A DNA stretch of 64,000 bases from Candidatus Pacearchaeota archaeon. GTDB lineage: Archaea; Nanobdellota; Nanobdellia; Pacearchaeales; UBA284. Position 1 is the first letter of the stretch, and every line of letters starts with the position of its first letter. Below, piece by piece: positions 49,392 to 58,933 of the stretch. Made by a program: the position numbers and the translations under genes. The notes beneath the pieces are model-generated. The model did no database searches, had not been told where the DNA came from, and saw nothing but the letters and a program-made list of their open reading frames with translations. The stretch spans positions 113 to 64,112 of the forward strand of contig JAPLYB010000041.1 in the NCBI GenBank assembly GCA_026395795.1, written 5' to 3'.

Positions 49392-52300
49392 TTATTTCAA
49401 TCTAATCGCTTCAAGATTTCTAGGAACAATTGTCTCAATTTTATTCAACTTGTAGATAGAAGAAGCTAAATCTAAACATCTTGATTGTTCTCCGTGATTG
49501 ACTATGACTCTTCTTGGTATTGGACTGATTGTGTTGATGAAATTAATAAGCTCTGCCCTGCTCGCATGTCCTGACATCCCTTCTATTGTGAACACATTTA
49601 GATTAACCGGGATTGACTCGTTGCTGTCTTCAAATCTTACTTCTTTTGCGCCTTCTTGAACTTGTCTTCCTGTTGATCCAGGGCCAAGGTAAGAAACAAA
49701 GATTATTGCATTTCTCTTGCTGTCTGCAAGATTTTTGAAATACTCGACACTTGCTCCTCCAACAAGCATGCCAGACGTTGCTAATATGAGACAAGGCCCG
49801 CCCTCTAAAACTTTTTGTCGTTCTTGTGGTGAACCAACTCTATGGAAAAAGTTAACATCAAATGGATTTTCATCCTGGAAAATTCTGTTTCTTATTGTTG
49901 GTGCAAGAGATTCAGGATATGCTGTATGGATCGCAGTTACATCCCAGACTAGACCATCAACATACACTGGAACATTTGGAAGATTTCCTTCTCTAAATGC
50001 GTTTTCAACAATCAACATTATTTCCTGCGCCCTTCCTACTCCTAGTATTGGGACTAAAACTTTTCCTTTATTGTCTATTGTTTTCTTTATATTCTCTAAG
50101 AATAAATCTTCTGATTCTTTTCTTGTTGGGAATATATTATCTCTCCCGCCGTATGTGCTTTCTATAATCAAGGTCTCTAATCTTGGAAATTTGAACGCAG
50201 CTGAATCAAGCGTTCTTGTTTTTATGAATTTAAAATCTCCAGTGTAAAGCAAATTATGTAATCCATTCCCAATGTTAAGATGAATCATAGCACTTCCAAG
50301 ACAATGTCCTGCGTTGTATAATGTCAGTCTTACATCTGGAGTGATGTCTGTGACTTCATTGTAATTCAAATCAATAGCATGTTTGACCATTGTTTTGATG
50401 TCTGCTACTTTGAACAATGGAGTTGTTGCTTTTTTGTAGCTGACTCCTATAAAATCTAAAGCAAGGAGAGCTGCAATATCTCTAGTCGGAGTTGTCATAT
50501 AGCAAGGTCCTCGGAAACCTAATTTATACAGGTACGGCAGAAATCCGGAATTATGAACAATAATATTCCCAGCAATAAAATTATGGTTTTCTACTTCTAT
50601 GTCCACTAAATAGGGATGGGGGTTTTCTTTTTCTTCAATGTCTATAATCCTTTCCCAAACTACATTTAATGACAACAAATTTTGAAGAATCATTATATTT
50701 TGTTCTGTTTGGCAGATTATCATAGAAAGCTTTTCTTTGATAAAAGATGAAAGAAGACCCGCGTACTCTGTCGAAAGAGTTCTTTTGTCTTCTATATTCT
50801 GGATTTGATACATTTTTAGACCAGTTGATAAGCAAGTTTCTGACCTAGTTATGCTTAACAGCTGTCTTAAAGCATAAAAATTTGCATTTTCCCTGTTAGA
50901 ATTTAAAACTGTAAGCCTTTGTTTTAGTAAATTTGATAAACTAATAACTGTTTTTCTTGTGACATATCCCCCTTTTCTTCTAAAGAAATCTAATAAGCCA
51001 ATTGGAAGAATTTTGGATAACTTTGGACTATTGTGCACTCTTCCAAACATCCCCCCTTGCTTCAAAATATTTCTAAAATCTTCTGGGGTGATTGGAAGTA
51101 AGTCTTGTTTATCAAAGTTTGATTCTTTTGATAATCCATTTAATTTTTTTTGTTTTGAAATAGACGAAAATCCAATATCCTTAAAAAATTTATATATGCT
51201 AGACTTTGCATTTAGACAAATAGTGTTGTCTCTCTTGATATTAGAAGCGATTCCCTCTAAAGAAAAAAGATGCTGCAAGTCTTCAAGCATCTTTTTGCTA
51301 AAAGAACATATTTTGACTATCCTTGTCACAGTTCCATCAGCATCTCCAAATCCTCTGATAAACGCTCTCCTTACGTCTGAAGAAGCGTTTTTTACATTTT
51401 CTGGAACGCAGATTTCTCTTGTCTTTAAAAAAGCCTCTGGAAAATTTTTCTCTAAGAATCTTATTATCTTAACATTATTTATTTCTAGTACAAAAGCATT
51501 TTTTGTCTTGTCAGGATGATGCCGAATGATTGCTTCGTGATTGAATACATTCTTAACTATCTGTTTATGATGTTCCAGTAATTGAACAGAAGAATCTGTT
51601 AATCTCAAAGAAAAATCAGAAGACTTGTGTCCATCCCCCATATAATATGCAACAAATTCCGCTAATTCTTGAGACAGAGTCTCTGGAAGTACGACATTAT
51701 CTTTTCTTCTTTTATCATATTCAACATTCGTGCATAAAACTGTTGATTTTTTCTGCAATTTTGGTTTAAAGAATAGATTAGAAGGAATAAGCATTCCTTT
51801 GTTTAATTGAGACGCTTCTAATTCTTTTAATTTGAGTCCCTCGAAAACAAAAAATCTATGATTTGGTGAAGATTCTAGTTGAGAGTATGTGGTCTTTAAA
51901 GTTAATACTTTTTTATGCCCTGTAGTTTTTGTCTTTTCAGTACATTTAGAATGAATATATCTGCCATTTTGCCAGTTTAATGAAACAATATTTTCACCAA
52001 CATTGATATCATCTATTTTTTTATATCCTTGTTCTGTTAAAACCAAAGAATCTGGTGGCAAACAATGATCTAAGTGAGCATGTGTAAGAATTACTGCATC
52101 TAAATTCTTGATGTCAAATTCAGGAGCATTCAAATAAGGAAATTTATCAGGGCCTGTTGCAGCCATATCAATTCCACAGTCTAATAATATTTTTGATTCT
52201 GGTGTCTGCAATAAAAAACAAGATCTTCCAACTTGTCTTCCTGCTCCTAAAACAGAGATTCTAACCCATTCTTCTTTTTTGTCTGGATTCCATTCTTTGT

Positions 52301-52790
52301 ATATCCTTCTTCCTATTGAATTGAGGAACTTTTTTCTATAAACTTCTTTTGCAAACAATGTTCTTCTGATAGCATCTGTTATCTTGCTCTGGATAGCAGG
52401 GCTTCTCATTGTTTGCGGGATCCAGAATGTTTGTTCTTTAATTGCCCTTAACACTTCTCCGCCATGACCTATTGCTATTCCTGGTCTTTTCGCTTCAATC
52501 ACGACTATACTTCTGTTATCATCAAAAAGAACATCTTGAATATCTGCTTCTTTTGGCACAAGGCTTCTTATTATTTTTTCAGCTTCTTCTTGTGCTAAAA
52601 GAATTTCTTCAGAAGCCCTCAGTTCTATTCTTTTCTTGATTTTATTGACAATCTCTCTGACTTTGGTCTCTCCTTCTTGAAAGAACTTCCTGTCTTTTGT
52701 GTAAATAACTATATTTGCACCTTCAAAGTGCGCATTCTCAATAGCTCCTTTTGGGAGATCTTCTAGAATTATTTTTAAAATATCTGACAT
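49392..52790 (-). CDS. fttA: aCPSF1/FttA (KH + metallo-beta-lactamase + beta-CASP RNase) interrupted by an intein
   Basis: N-terminal KH-like region (IAIGHGGEVLRAIKE) and MBL motif LTHAHLDH, followed by an intein. The protein resumes with SGFLPYLY...GHCLGSA...ESTYGG...SGHA...VNHGE. The exteins sum to 627 aa, the normal aCPSF1 size. Confidence 0.9.
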   Translation of the reverse strand: MSDILKIILEDLPKGAIENAHFEGANIVIYTKDRKFFQEGETKVREIVNKIKKRIELRASEEILLAQEEAEKIIRSLVPKEADIQDVLFDDNRSIVVIEAKRPGIAIGHGGEVLRAIKEQTFWIPQTMRSPAIQSKITDAIRRTLFAKEVYRKKFLNSIGRRIYKEWNPDKKEEWVRISVLGAGRQVGRSCFLLQTPESKILLDCGIDMAATGPDKFPYLNAPEFDIKNLDAVILTHAHLDHCLPPDSLVLTEQGYKKIDDINVGENIVSLNWQNGRYIHSKCTEKTKTTGHKKVLTLKTTYSQLESSPNHRFFVFEGLKLKELEASQLNKGMLIPSNLFFKPKLQKKSTVLCTNVEYDKRRKDNVVLPETLSQELAEFVAYYMGDGHKSSDFSLRLTDSSVQLLEHHKQIVKNVFNHEAIIRHHPDKTKNAFVLEINNVKIIRFLEKNFPEAFLKTREICVPENVKNASSDVRRAFIRGFGDADGTVTRIVKICSFSKKMLEDLQHLFSLEGIASNIKRDNTICLNAKSSIYKFFKDIGFSSISKQKKLNGLSKESNFDKQDLLPITPEDFRNILKQGGMFGRVHNSPKLSKILPIGLLDFFRRKGGYVTRKTVISLSNLLKQRLTVLNSNRENANFYALRQLLSITRSETCLSTGLKMYQIQNIEDKRTLSTEYAGLLSSFIKEKLSMIICQTEQNIMILQNLLSLNVVWERIIDIEEKENPHPYLVDIEVENHNFIAGNIIVHNSGFLPYLYKLGFRGPCYMTTPTRDIAALLALDFIGVSYKKATTPLFKVADIKTMVKHAIDLNYNEVTDITPDVRLTLYNAGHCLGSAMIHLNIGNGLHNLLYTGDFKFIKTRTLDSAAFKFPRLETLIIESTYGGRDNIFPTRKESEDLFLENIKKTIDNKGKVLVPILGVGRAQEIMLIVENAFREGNLPNVPVYVDGLVWDVTAIHTAYPESLAPTIRNRIFQDENPFDVNFFHRVGSPQERQKVLEGGPCLILATSGMLVGGASVEYFKNLADSKRNAIIFVSYLGPGSTGRQVQEGAKEVRFEDSNESIPVNLNVFTIEGMSGHASRAELINFINTISPIPRRVIVNHGEQSRCLDLASSIYKLNKIETIVPRNLEAIRLK
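50550..52064 (-). mobile_element. 505-aa intein with LAGLIDADG homing endonuclease domain
   Basis: Begins with Cys (codon 52064-52062) directly after HAHLDH. It has block-B SSPNHRF, LAGLIDADG motifs AYYMGDGH and FIRGFGDADGT, and ends IIVHN (Asn codon 50552-50550) followed by the +1 Ser. Confidence 0.85.
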
Positions 52791-52942
52791 TTTCTATTTA
52801 AAATTATGTTATTGCTTTATCGAAATTATTTTTAATTTATACTTCTTTGAAATCATCTCTTATCATCGAAATGAATCTTTATGAAATAAAGTTTCTTGTC
52901 TCAATCTTTTTTACTTCTAATCAACTTTCTAGAATCTTGTTG

Positions 52943-53620
52943 TTACTTTTTTTTTGGGAATAGCATGTGTCTGACTTCCTGTTCAACAACTTTTCTTGCT
53001 CCGTTCTTATCTATTACAACAACATCTATGCCTTCACCAGATCCTGTATCTCTCTGCATCGCAGCACTAACTGCTCTTATTGCTATCTTTGTTCCTTCGT
53101 CTATGCTCATATTTTCTTTCCAAGAATCTTCCAGAACACCATATGCGATAATCATTCCAGAACCATCTGCTACATAATTCTTATGTTCTATAACCGAGCC
53201 ATCTGGATCAATTTGATATAAACCCGATCCTTTATCATCCATTCCGCCGATTATAAATCCTGTTATAGCAATAATTGGGCTGAATCTTCTTATTGCTTCA
53301 TAAGCAAGCATCCCAAAAAGATTAGCTGTTTCTTTTACACTTGGATCCATTTTTGTTCTTAATTTCTTAATCTTAAGTTCTGATTTTGTTAGTTTTAAGG
53401 TATATTGAATATCAGAAACATTTCCTGCAGTTGTTACTCCGATTCTATCGTTTAATAAGAATACTTTATCTGCTTTTTTATGAGCAACGAATAAAGGCAT
53501 TCCGCCGCCGCCAAGAGTCATTCTTTTATCAGTTGCAAGGATGACTCCGTCTTTGCAAACAACTCCAAGAGTGGTTGTCCCAGTCTTTTTCATATATTTT
53601 TTAATATCGTCATCAGTCAT
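52943..53620 (-). CDS. psmB: proteasome beta subunit
   Basis: Short propeptide, then the active-site TTTLGVVCKDGVILATDKR. GSG and other Ntn-hydrolase beta-subunit motifs are present. Confidence 0.9.
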   Translation of the reverse strand: MTDDDIKKYMKKTGTTTLGVVCKDGVILATDKRMTLGGGGMPLFVAHKKADKVFLLNDRIGVTTAGNVSDIQYTLKLTKSELKIKKLRTKMDPSVKETANLFGMLAYEAIRRFSPIIAITGFIIGGMDDKGSGLYQIDPDGSVIEHKNYVADGSGMIIAYGVLEDSWKENMSIDEGTKIAIRAVSAAMQRDTGSGEGIDVVVIDKNGARKVVEQEVRHMLFPKKK

Positions 53621-53755
53621 TTTCGAGAATTTTCAAATCACCTATGTTTTTATTTAATTCAAATTGCTTTTGCTTTATAAACCTTTTGTCGAGTCACTTA
53701 GAATAGATTATCCAGCAATTTTCTTTTAACAACGTCGTGACTATTGAAATGAAAT

Positions 53756-53884
53756 TTACCATTTCTTAATTTCTTTTAAAAATTCTTCAGCACTTAGTAC
53801 TTTGCCTTTTCCAGAATCAATCTCCTTCCAGGCCTTTTTTATTCCCTTTAAGGTTTCTAAGTCCGATTTATTAATTTTTTTCAT
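53756..53884 (-). CDS. possible 42-aa antitoxin-like ORF
   Basis: MKKINKSDLETLKGIKKAWKEIDSGKGKVLSAEEFLKEIKKW. The motif (A..EI..GKG...S.EEF) resembles small antitoxin/addiction-module components. It is followed by a short out-of-frame remnant (MVNFISIVTTLLKE...). Confidence 0.3.
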   Translation of the reverse strand: MKKINKSDLETLKGIKKAWKEIDSGKGKVLSAEEFLKEIKKW

Positions 53885-53893
53885 GAATAGGAA

Positions 53894-54059
53894 TCCCCGT
53901 GGGCGGGGTCGAACCGCCGACCTCCCGGGTTCTGCAAAGAACGCGAGATGTTAAGTGAACACCTGCTGATTCTCCGTGCTTTTTAGCATAGGTCTACAGC
54001 CGAGCGCTCCACCACTGCTCTTTCCGACGTTATTTTCCTGAAAGTTGAGCTACACGGGG
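53894..54059 (-). tRNA. tRNA-Tyr(GUA) with two apparent introns
   Basis: Minus strand: acceptor CCCCGTG/CACGGGG plus A73 (C1-G72, the archaeal Tyr identity pair). D-stem GCTC...GAGC carries a ~29-nt insertion. Anticodon stem CTCGG/CCGGG has loop CTGTAG(A) and a ~65-nt insertion at or next to 37/38. T-arm is GGCGG-TTCGACC-CCGCC. No CCA is encoded. Confidence 0.75.
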
Positions 54060-54084
54060 GACTTGAATTTCAACCTTTTACCAT

Positions 54085-54891
54085 TTAAATATTTTTCCAG
54101 CTCTTTTTTTTTCTTGGATAGAAGTATTCTGCATCAAGGTATAAAAGGTCTTTTAGTTTTCTAAGATTTTCTGTCCCATACATACTCAATACTTTTGCGT
54201 TTGAGCTTTTTGTTAGTCTTACTTGACCAGATGAGATTGTTAATCGGGAAAGTAGAACCTTTATATCATTCAAAAAACCCACTGATCCAGAAGAAATTCC
54301 CACTTGTTTATGTTCGGCAGTGATCCATCCATCTCCGTCTATTACCCCCCTAATAAAAGAGTAAATATTCATTTTGTTCCCGTTAAAAAAAACCCTCGGA
54401 ACCCGAACAATAAGAGATTTTGCTCCAGAAGGAATCCCTAGATTTACAAAATAATTAGCAAGATTTTTAGATGAAATATAAATCTCATTGTTTGGTTTTT
54501 TATTAAATCCGTATTTCTTAACTCTAATAGATGCATTATAACCAAAGAGATGACGAATCAATTTTAAAATAACTTCTTTTTCTTCAGGGTAGCTTGTAAA
54601 TAACATCACTTTTGCGCTGCCAAACTTTTCGATAACTATATGGCCGTCGGTTATTAGTAATCCAATAAAATAAGACAATTCTGAATTTAATTTTTCTGGG
54701 ATTCTTGGTTTTTGTAATATTTTTATTTCAAATCCGGCAGTCTTCAAAGTATTATTCCAAGTTCCAAAGTATTTTCTTGTAGTTGCATAAATATGCGGGC
54801 ATTCTCTCTTGGAAGGTCTTCTATTCAATTCTTTAGAAATTCTCTGTATTTCATCAATTAATAATTGTTTACTCCACTTTTTTTTGTTCAT
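54085..54891 (-). CDS. free-standing LAGLIDADG homing-endonuclease-like protein
   Basis: Two LAGLIDADG motifs (YFIGLLITDGH; FIRGVIDGDGW) preceded by an N-terminal helical repeat (WSKQLLIDEIQRISKELNRRPS...YFGTWNNTLKTAGF). The gene ends 26 nt before the tRNA-Tyr 5' end. Confidence 0.75.
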   Translation of the reverse strand: MNKKKWSKQLLIDEIQRISKELNRRPSKRECPHIYATTRKYFGTWNNTLKTAGFEIKILQKPRIPEKLNSELSYFIGLLITDGHIVIEKFGSAKVMLFTSYPEEKEVILKLIRHLFGYNASIRVKKYGFNKKPNNEIYISSKNLANYFVNLGIPSGAKSLIVRVPRVFFNGNKMNIYSFIRGVIDGDGWITAEHKQVGISSGSVGFLNDIKVLLSRLTISSGQVRLTKSSNAKVLSMYGTENLRKLKDLLYLDAEYFYPRKKKSWKNI

Positions 54892-54950
54892 ATAAAATTA
54901 AGTTTCTTTGCATTTATAAATATTTCTACATTGGGACACTTTCCGCATGT

Positions 54951-56018
54951 TTAGATCAAAAAGAACAATACAATGAATAATCCAAGAAGGCTGCCAGCTG
55001 TCAAGTAGGGCATTGCCGGATAAGCAGTATCTTTCTTTGAAAATAATAACAAAAGCAAAAGAGCGAGAGAGATTGTTATAAGTGTTATGAAATATGCCAC
55101 TAAACCAAATGTCAAGAAAACAGATCCAAGAAATATCATCGGGAATGCGACGTCTCCTCCACCTAAAGCAGCAACTTTTATTTTTGATGCTGCATTTCTT
55201 ACTTCTGAGCTGCTAGATTTTACTTTTTTTGCTTTAATTTTCGCTCTAATCAATCTTATTTGTGCCCTGTCCTTTTTGTTCACATACGGAACGAAAAATC
55301 CTCCGAAGATTTGAAGTTTTTCCATCTGGAATTTAGCAAGATTAACCATATAACTGCTTCTCCAAACTGCCACAATATCATAGATTGATATTGCGAGAAG
55401 CAAAGTTGTTGCTAATATAACTTCTTTAAACATTGGAATAAGAAGGATAGCAAGGCCGGGATAGACAAATAATTCAGTGATGTTGTGAACAATAAGATTC
55501 TTTTTTATAAGTTTATAAAAAACAAGGACAAGCGATAAAGGAACCGCAATTATTTCTGCAAGTGAAAATTTTGCTCCTAGAATGTTGACAAGCGTGTTTC
55601 CAAGGATAGGATATAAAATTAGAGTCGAAGCTATTGTCAAACAGATTAAAATGACAATTGTAAACCACCATTTTACAATTTTAATCACTCCAAATTTTAA
55701 GAGCAAGAAGAAAATTAGTGCTCCAATAGCAAAGGCTATGAGCGCGCTGATTATTAACGACGAGATATCTCCAAAATTTCTCAACGCATCTGAAAAACTT
55801 TGTGGTTTCTGGATTTCAACTGGAGGAGGCAAAAGCTCTTTTGTTACGCTTATGTTCGGCTCTGCTAAAGTTATATTTTGATCTTTTGCTTGCTGAACTA
55901 TTTTATTGTGTGTAGCCCCAAAGAATTGATCATAAGAAGCCACAATCGCCAGCCCTATTAATTGGGAGATTATGAACATCACGACGATTATAATGGTTAT
56001 CCTAAGATTATGTTTCAT
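54951..56018 (-). CDS. presenilin/signal-peptide-peptidase-like intramembrane aspartyl protease (A22 family)
   Basis: Polytopic membrane protein with the YD motif (ISIYDIVAVW), the GxGD motif (ALGGGDVAFP) and a PAL-like motif (YPAMPYL), in the correct order. Confidence 0.7.
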   Translation of the reverse strand: MKHNLRITIIIVVMFIISQLIGLAIVASYDQFFGATHNKIVQQAKDQNITLAEPNISVTKELLPPPVEIQKPQSFSDALRNFGDISSLIISALIAFAIGALIFFLLLKFGVIKIVKWWFTIVILICLTIASTLILYPILGNTLVNILGAKFSLAEIIAVPLSLVLVFYKLIKKNLIVHNITELFVYPGLAILLIPMFKEVILATTLLLAISIYDIVAVWRSSYMVNLAKFQMEKLQIFGGFFVPYVNKKDRAQIRLIRAKIKAKKVKSSSSEVRNAASKIKVAALGGGDVAFPMIFLGSVFLTFGLVAYFITLITISLALLLLLLFSKKDTAYPAMPYLTAGSLLGLFIVLFFLI

Positions 56019-56088
56019 TTTCTTTTATTTTATCTTAAAAACGAATTAATCAAGAAACCTTTATAAAATCTTTCTTCTTGGTAAAAAC

Positions 56089-57237
56089 ATGGAAAAAGAG
56101 AAGAAAGAAAAAAGTTTTGAGGTCACGCCTTATGAAGTAAAGGGTGTGTTGGATGATGCTGAATATGAACGACTTATGAAAGAATTTGGAATTAATCCTA
56201 TAAACAAGCAACTTCTTGACAGAATAAAGAAACACACTAAAGAATTGCATTTTATGTTGAACAGAGGAGTTTTTTTTGCCCATAGAGACATGGATTGGTT
56301 GTTAAATGAATATGAAAAAGGAAATAAATTCTTTCTTTACACTGGTCGAGCCCCTTCTGGAGAAACTCATATAGGACACCTCGTTCCCTGGGTTTTTACC
56401 AAATGGCTGCAAGACAAGTTTGGATGCGAATTATGGTTTCAATTTCCAGATGATGAAAAATTCATGTTTAAACAGAACTTGAGTTACGAAGAAGTTCAAA
56501 AGTACACATATGAGAACATGCTTGATGTAATTGCTCTAGGTTTTAATCCTAAGAAGACACATTTCATTCTTGATACAAAACATGCTGGTTTGCTTTATCC
56601 AGAAGCAATCAAAGTTGCAAAGAAGATTACCTTTTCCACTGTCAAGGCTGTTTTTGGATTTACAAATGATACAAACATAGGCAGCATCTTCTATACAAGC
56701 ATGCAAACAGTGCCTGCTTTTCTTCCATCTGTTTTAGCGAAGAAAAATATTCCTTGTTTAATCCCTCTAGGAGTAGATCAAGACCCGCATTTCAGGATTA
56801 CAAGAGATATTTTGCCTAAGTTAGGTTATTACAAACCGGCAATAATCCATTCAAAGTTTCTTTCTGGCCTTAAGTTGTATGGGGGAAAGATGTCAACCAG
56901 TGATTCTGATTCAACAATATGGACAACAGACACCCCAGAACAAGTAAAGAAGAAAATAATGAAACATGCTTTTTCAGGAGGACAATCAACAATAGAAGAA
57001 CATAGAAAGAAAGGCGGAAATCCTGATATTGATGTAGCATATCAATGGTTATATTTCTTTTTTGAACCAGATGATAAAAAAATCAAGAAAATTCATGATG
57101 ATTATAAATCAGGCAAGATGCTGAGCGGGGAGCTTAAAGCTTATCTTGTTGAAAAGATTAATGCCTTTTTGAAAGAACATCAAAAGAACCGTGAATTAGC
57201 AAAGAAACAGATTGATAAATTCATATTTAAGGTATAG
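56089..57237 (+). CDS. trpS: tryptophanyl-tRNA synthetase (archaeal/eukaryal type)
   Basis: VTPYEVKG..DYERLMKEFG N-terminus, HIGH-type motif (YTGRAPSGETHIGH) and KMSKS-type motif (KMSTS). Confidence 0.9.
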   Translation: MEKEKKEKSFEVTPYEVKGVLDDAEYERLMKEFGINPINKQLLDRIKKHTKELHFMLNRGVFFAHRDMDWLLNEYEKGNKFFLYTGRAPSGETHIGHLVPWVFTKWLQDKFGCELWFQFPDDEKFMFKQNLSYEEVQKYTYENMLDVIALGFNPKKTHFILDTKHAGLLYPEAIKVAKKITFSTVKAVFGFTNDTNIGSIFYTSMQTVPAFLPSVLAKKNIPCLIPLGVDQDPHFRITRDILPKLGYYKPAIIHSKFLSGLKLYGGKMSTSDSDSTIWTTDTPEQVKKKIMKHAFSGGQSTIEEHRKKGGNPDIDVAYQWLYFFFEPDDKKIKKIHDDYKSGKMLSGELKAYLVEKINAFLKEHQKNRELAKKQIDKFIFKV

Positions 57238-57258
57238 AATTCAATATTTGAGGGGAAT

Positions 57259-58926
57259 ATGCGTGAAGAAAAAGCAGTACTTATTTGGTTTATTGTTTTG
57301 TTATTGATTGGGATTATAAGCATGGGATATATTTTCTTTTTTTCAATTCCTTTTAACTTTAACAAAGCAGAAGTTACGATAAATAGCAACTTTGTTGAAG
57401 AAAGATTATATTATCACACAGACGGGGATTACCGCACCCTATATAGAACTTTTATTAGTAAAGCTAGAAGAGACGGCATCCAACCAGATGCTGAAATTTT
57501 GATTAGTTCAGTTAGTTGTTTAGAAGGAATGCCTTATTTTCGAGATGATTATGGAAAGATCTATGTTTTTCCCAAAGAATATCCAGAAGGAACCCTGACT
57601 GGAAGTCTAGCATATACTGAAAACAATGAATATGGCTGCGGTTTTGGAGATTATCTTGGATTTAAAGGGAACCAAGATTATTGGATTGGTGCTAAATATA
57701 AGATAACACCGCAAAATCTCTTTGAAATTGATGGCAGACATTACATAAAGTTTGTTTTATACTCTCCAAACAAGCATGTTTTGCTTCAAAAAGATAAGAA
57801 TTTTATTATTAGCTCAGGAGTTATAACAAAAAATAGATTTTTCCCTGAAGAATATGTTATTGCTTATATTCCTTACGAGAATAATATTAGTTCTTTTAAT
57901 GTAATTCATATAAACAATTTTGAATTTGATGATTCTTCAAAGTTTTTTTTTAGAGATGTCCTAATCATCCTATTATTCCTGATTCCTCCTGTTTTATTCT
58001 ATTTATTGTGGAGAAAACTTGGAAAAGAGATAAGTTATGTTGATTTGCCTGAAACGTTAAGTTTCTATCCCCAAGAAAGAAAGGCCTGGGAAATTGTTGC
58101 ATTTTTCAGAGCTCCTTTTGGAGAGCTTGGAAAGAATTTTGTGCCAACAATAATTACTGATTTTTATAGAAGGAAAATTATTGACATAAAAGAGGTTGAC
58201 AAAGAGATATACATTAAAATTAAGCACAAAACCGGGTTAGATGATGTTGAATTGAAATTCATTAATCTATTAGAAAAGATAAGAGACTTGGGAAATAAGA
58301 AATATATTGATTCAGATGGATTTTTTGACATAAAGAAGTCTTCTAAGTCTTTAGGATTTACAGAAAAATCGAGAGTGTCTAATGATTTTAGACTATTAAC
58401 AAAAAAAGTTGAAAAAAAGAGCAGGGATTATATTGAAAAGAAAGGAGCGAAGATATTTGTTGTATCTATCTTCTTTTTTGTATTCCTTTCAATAATATTC
58501 TTAAACTTTTCTAGTTTTCTTTTATATGTACTGCTCCTTTCCTATATTCTCATTGCTTCATTAATAGCAAATAATACAACAATTCTTTCCAGATATAAGA
58601 AAAAATATTATCAAGAATATCAAAAATGGGATTCTTTTAAGAGATATTTAAAAGAATTTCCTTCAATGAGAGATTCTCCCCCTAAAGCAGTTGTATTATG
58701 GGAAAAATATCTAGTGTATGCTACTGCTTTAGGGGTTAGTGCTGTCGTTATTAAAAGATTTAAATATTGGGGAATTATAAAAGGAGCAGAGTATGATGCT
58801 TACTCTTCAATGCCTCATGTTTCATCATCTATCTCTAGTGGCTTTGCAAGTGCAGGTGTTAGTGGGGGTGGAATGGGTGGAGCAGGTGGTGGAGGAGCTG
58901 GCGGAGGCGGTGGAGGAGGAAGATAA
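57259..58926 (+). CDS. DUF2207-like membrane protein with Gly-rich C-terminus
   Basis: N-terminal TM, a large ectodomain, several TM helices and a terminal GGMGGAGGGGAGGGGGGGR, the architecture typical of DUF2207. Confidence 0.6.
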   Translation: MREEKAVLIWFIVLLLIGIISMGYIFFFSIPFNFNKAEVTINSNFVEERLYYHTDGDYRTLYRTFISKARRDGIQPDAEILISSVSCLEGMPYFRDDYGKIYVFPKEYPEGTLTGSLAYTENNEYGCGFGDYLGFKGNQDYWIGAKYKITPQNLFEIDGRHYIKFVLYSPNKHVLLQKDKNFIISSGVITKNRFFPEEYVIAYIPYENNISSFNVIHINNFEFDDSSKFFFRDVLIILLFLIPPVLFYLLWRKLGKEISYVDLPETLSFYPQERKAWEIVAFFRAPFGELGKNFVPTIITDFYRRKIIDIKEVDKEIYIKIKHKTGLDDVELKFINLLEKIRDLGNKKYIDSDGFFDIKKSSKSLGFTEKSRVSNDFRLLTKKVEKKSRDYIEKKGAKIFVVSIFFFVFLSIIFLNFSSFLLYVLLLSYILIASLIANNTTILSRYKKKYYQEYQKWDSFKRYLKEFPSMRDSPPKAVVLWEKYLVYATALGVSAVVIKRFKYWGIIKGAEYDAYSSMPHVSSSISSGFASAGVSGGGMGGAGGGGAGGGGGGGR

Positions 58927-58933
58927 AAGTAAA

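Noticed and set aside
49717-51519. Plus-strand ORFs 49717-50247 (176 aa) and 50959-51519 (186 aa), antisense to aCPSF1 and its intein
   Set aside because: The opposite strand carries unambiguous aCPSF1 and intein motifs. The antisense translations are Ser/Leu/Phe-rich with no motifs.
58793-58933. N-terminal 47 codons of the track ORF 58793-59536
   Set aside because: They overlap the Gly-rich 3' end of the DUF2207 gene in another frame. The ATG at 58934 just after that gene's stop gives a normal MBL-fold N-terminus.
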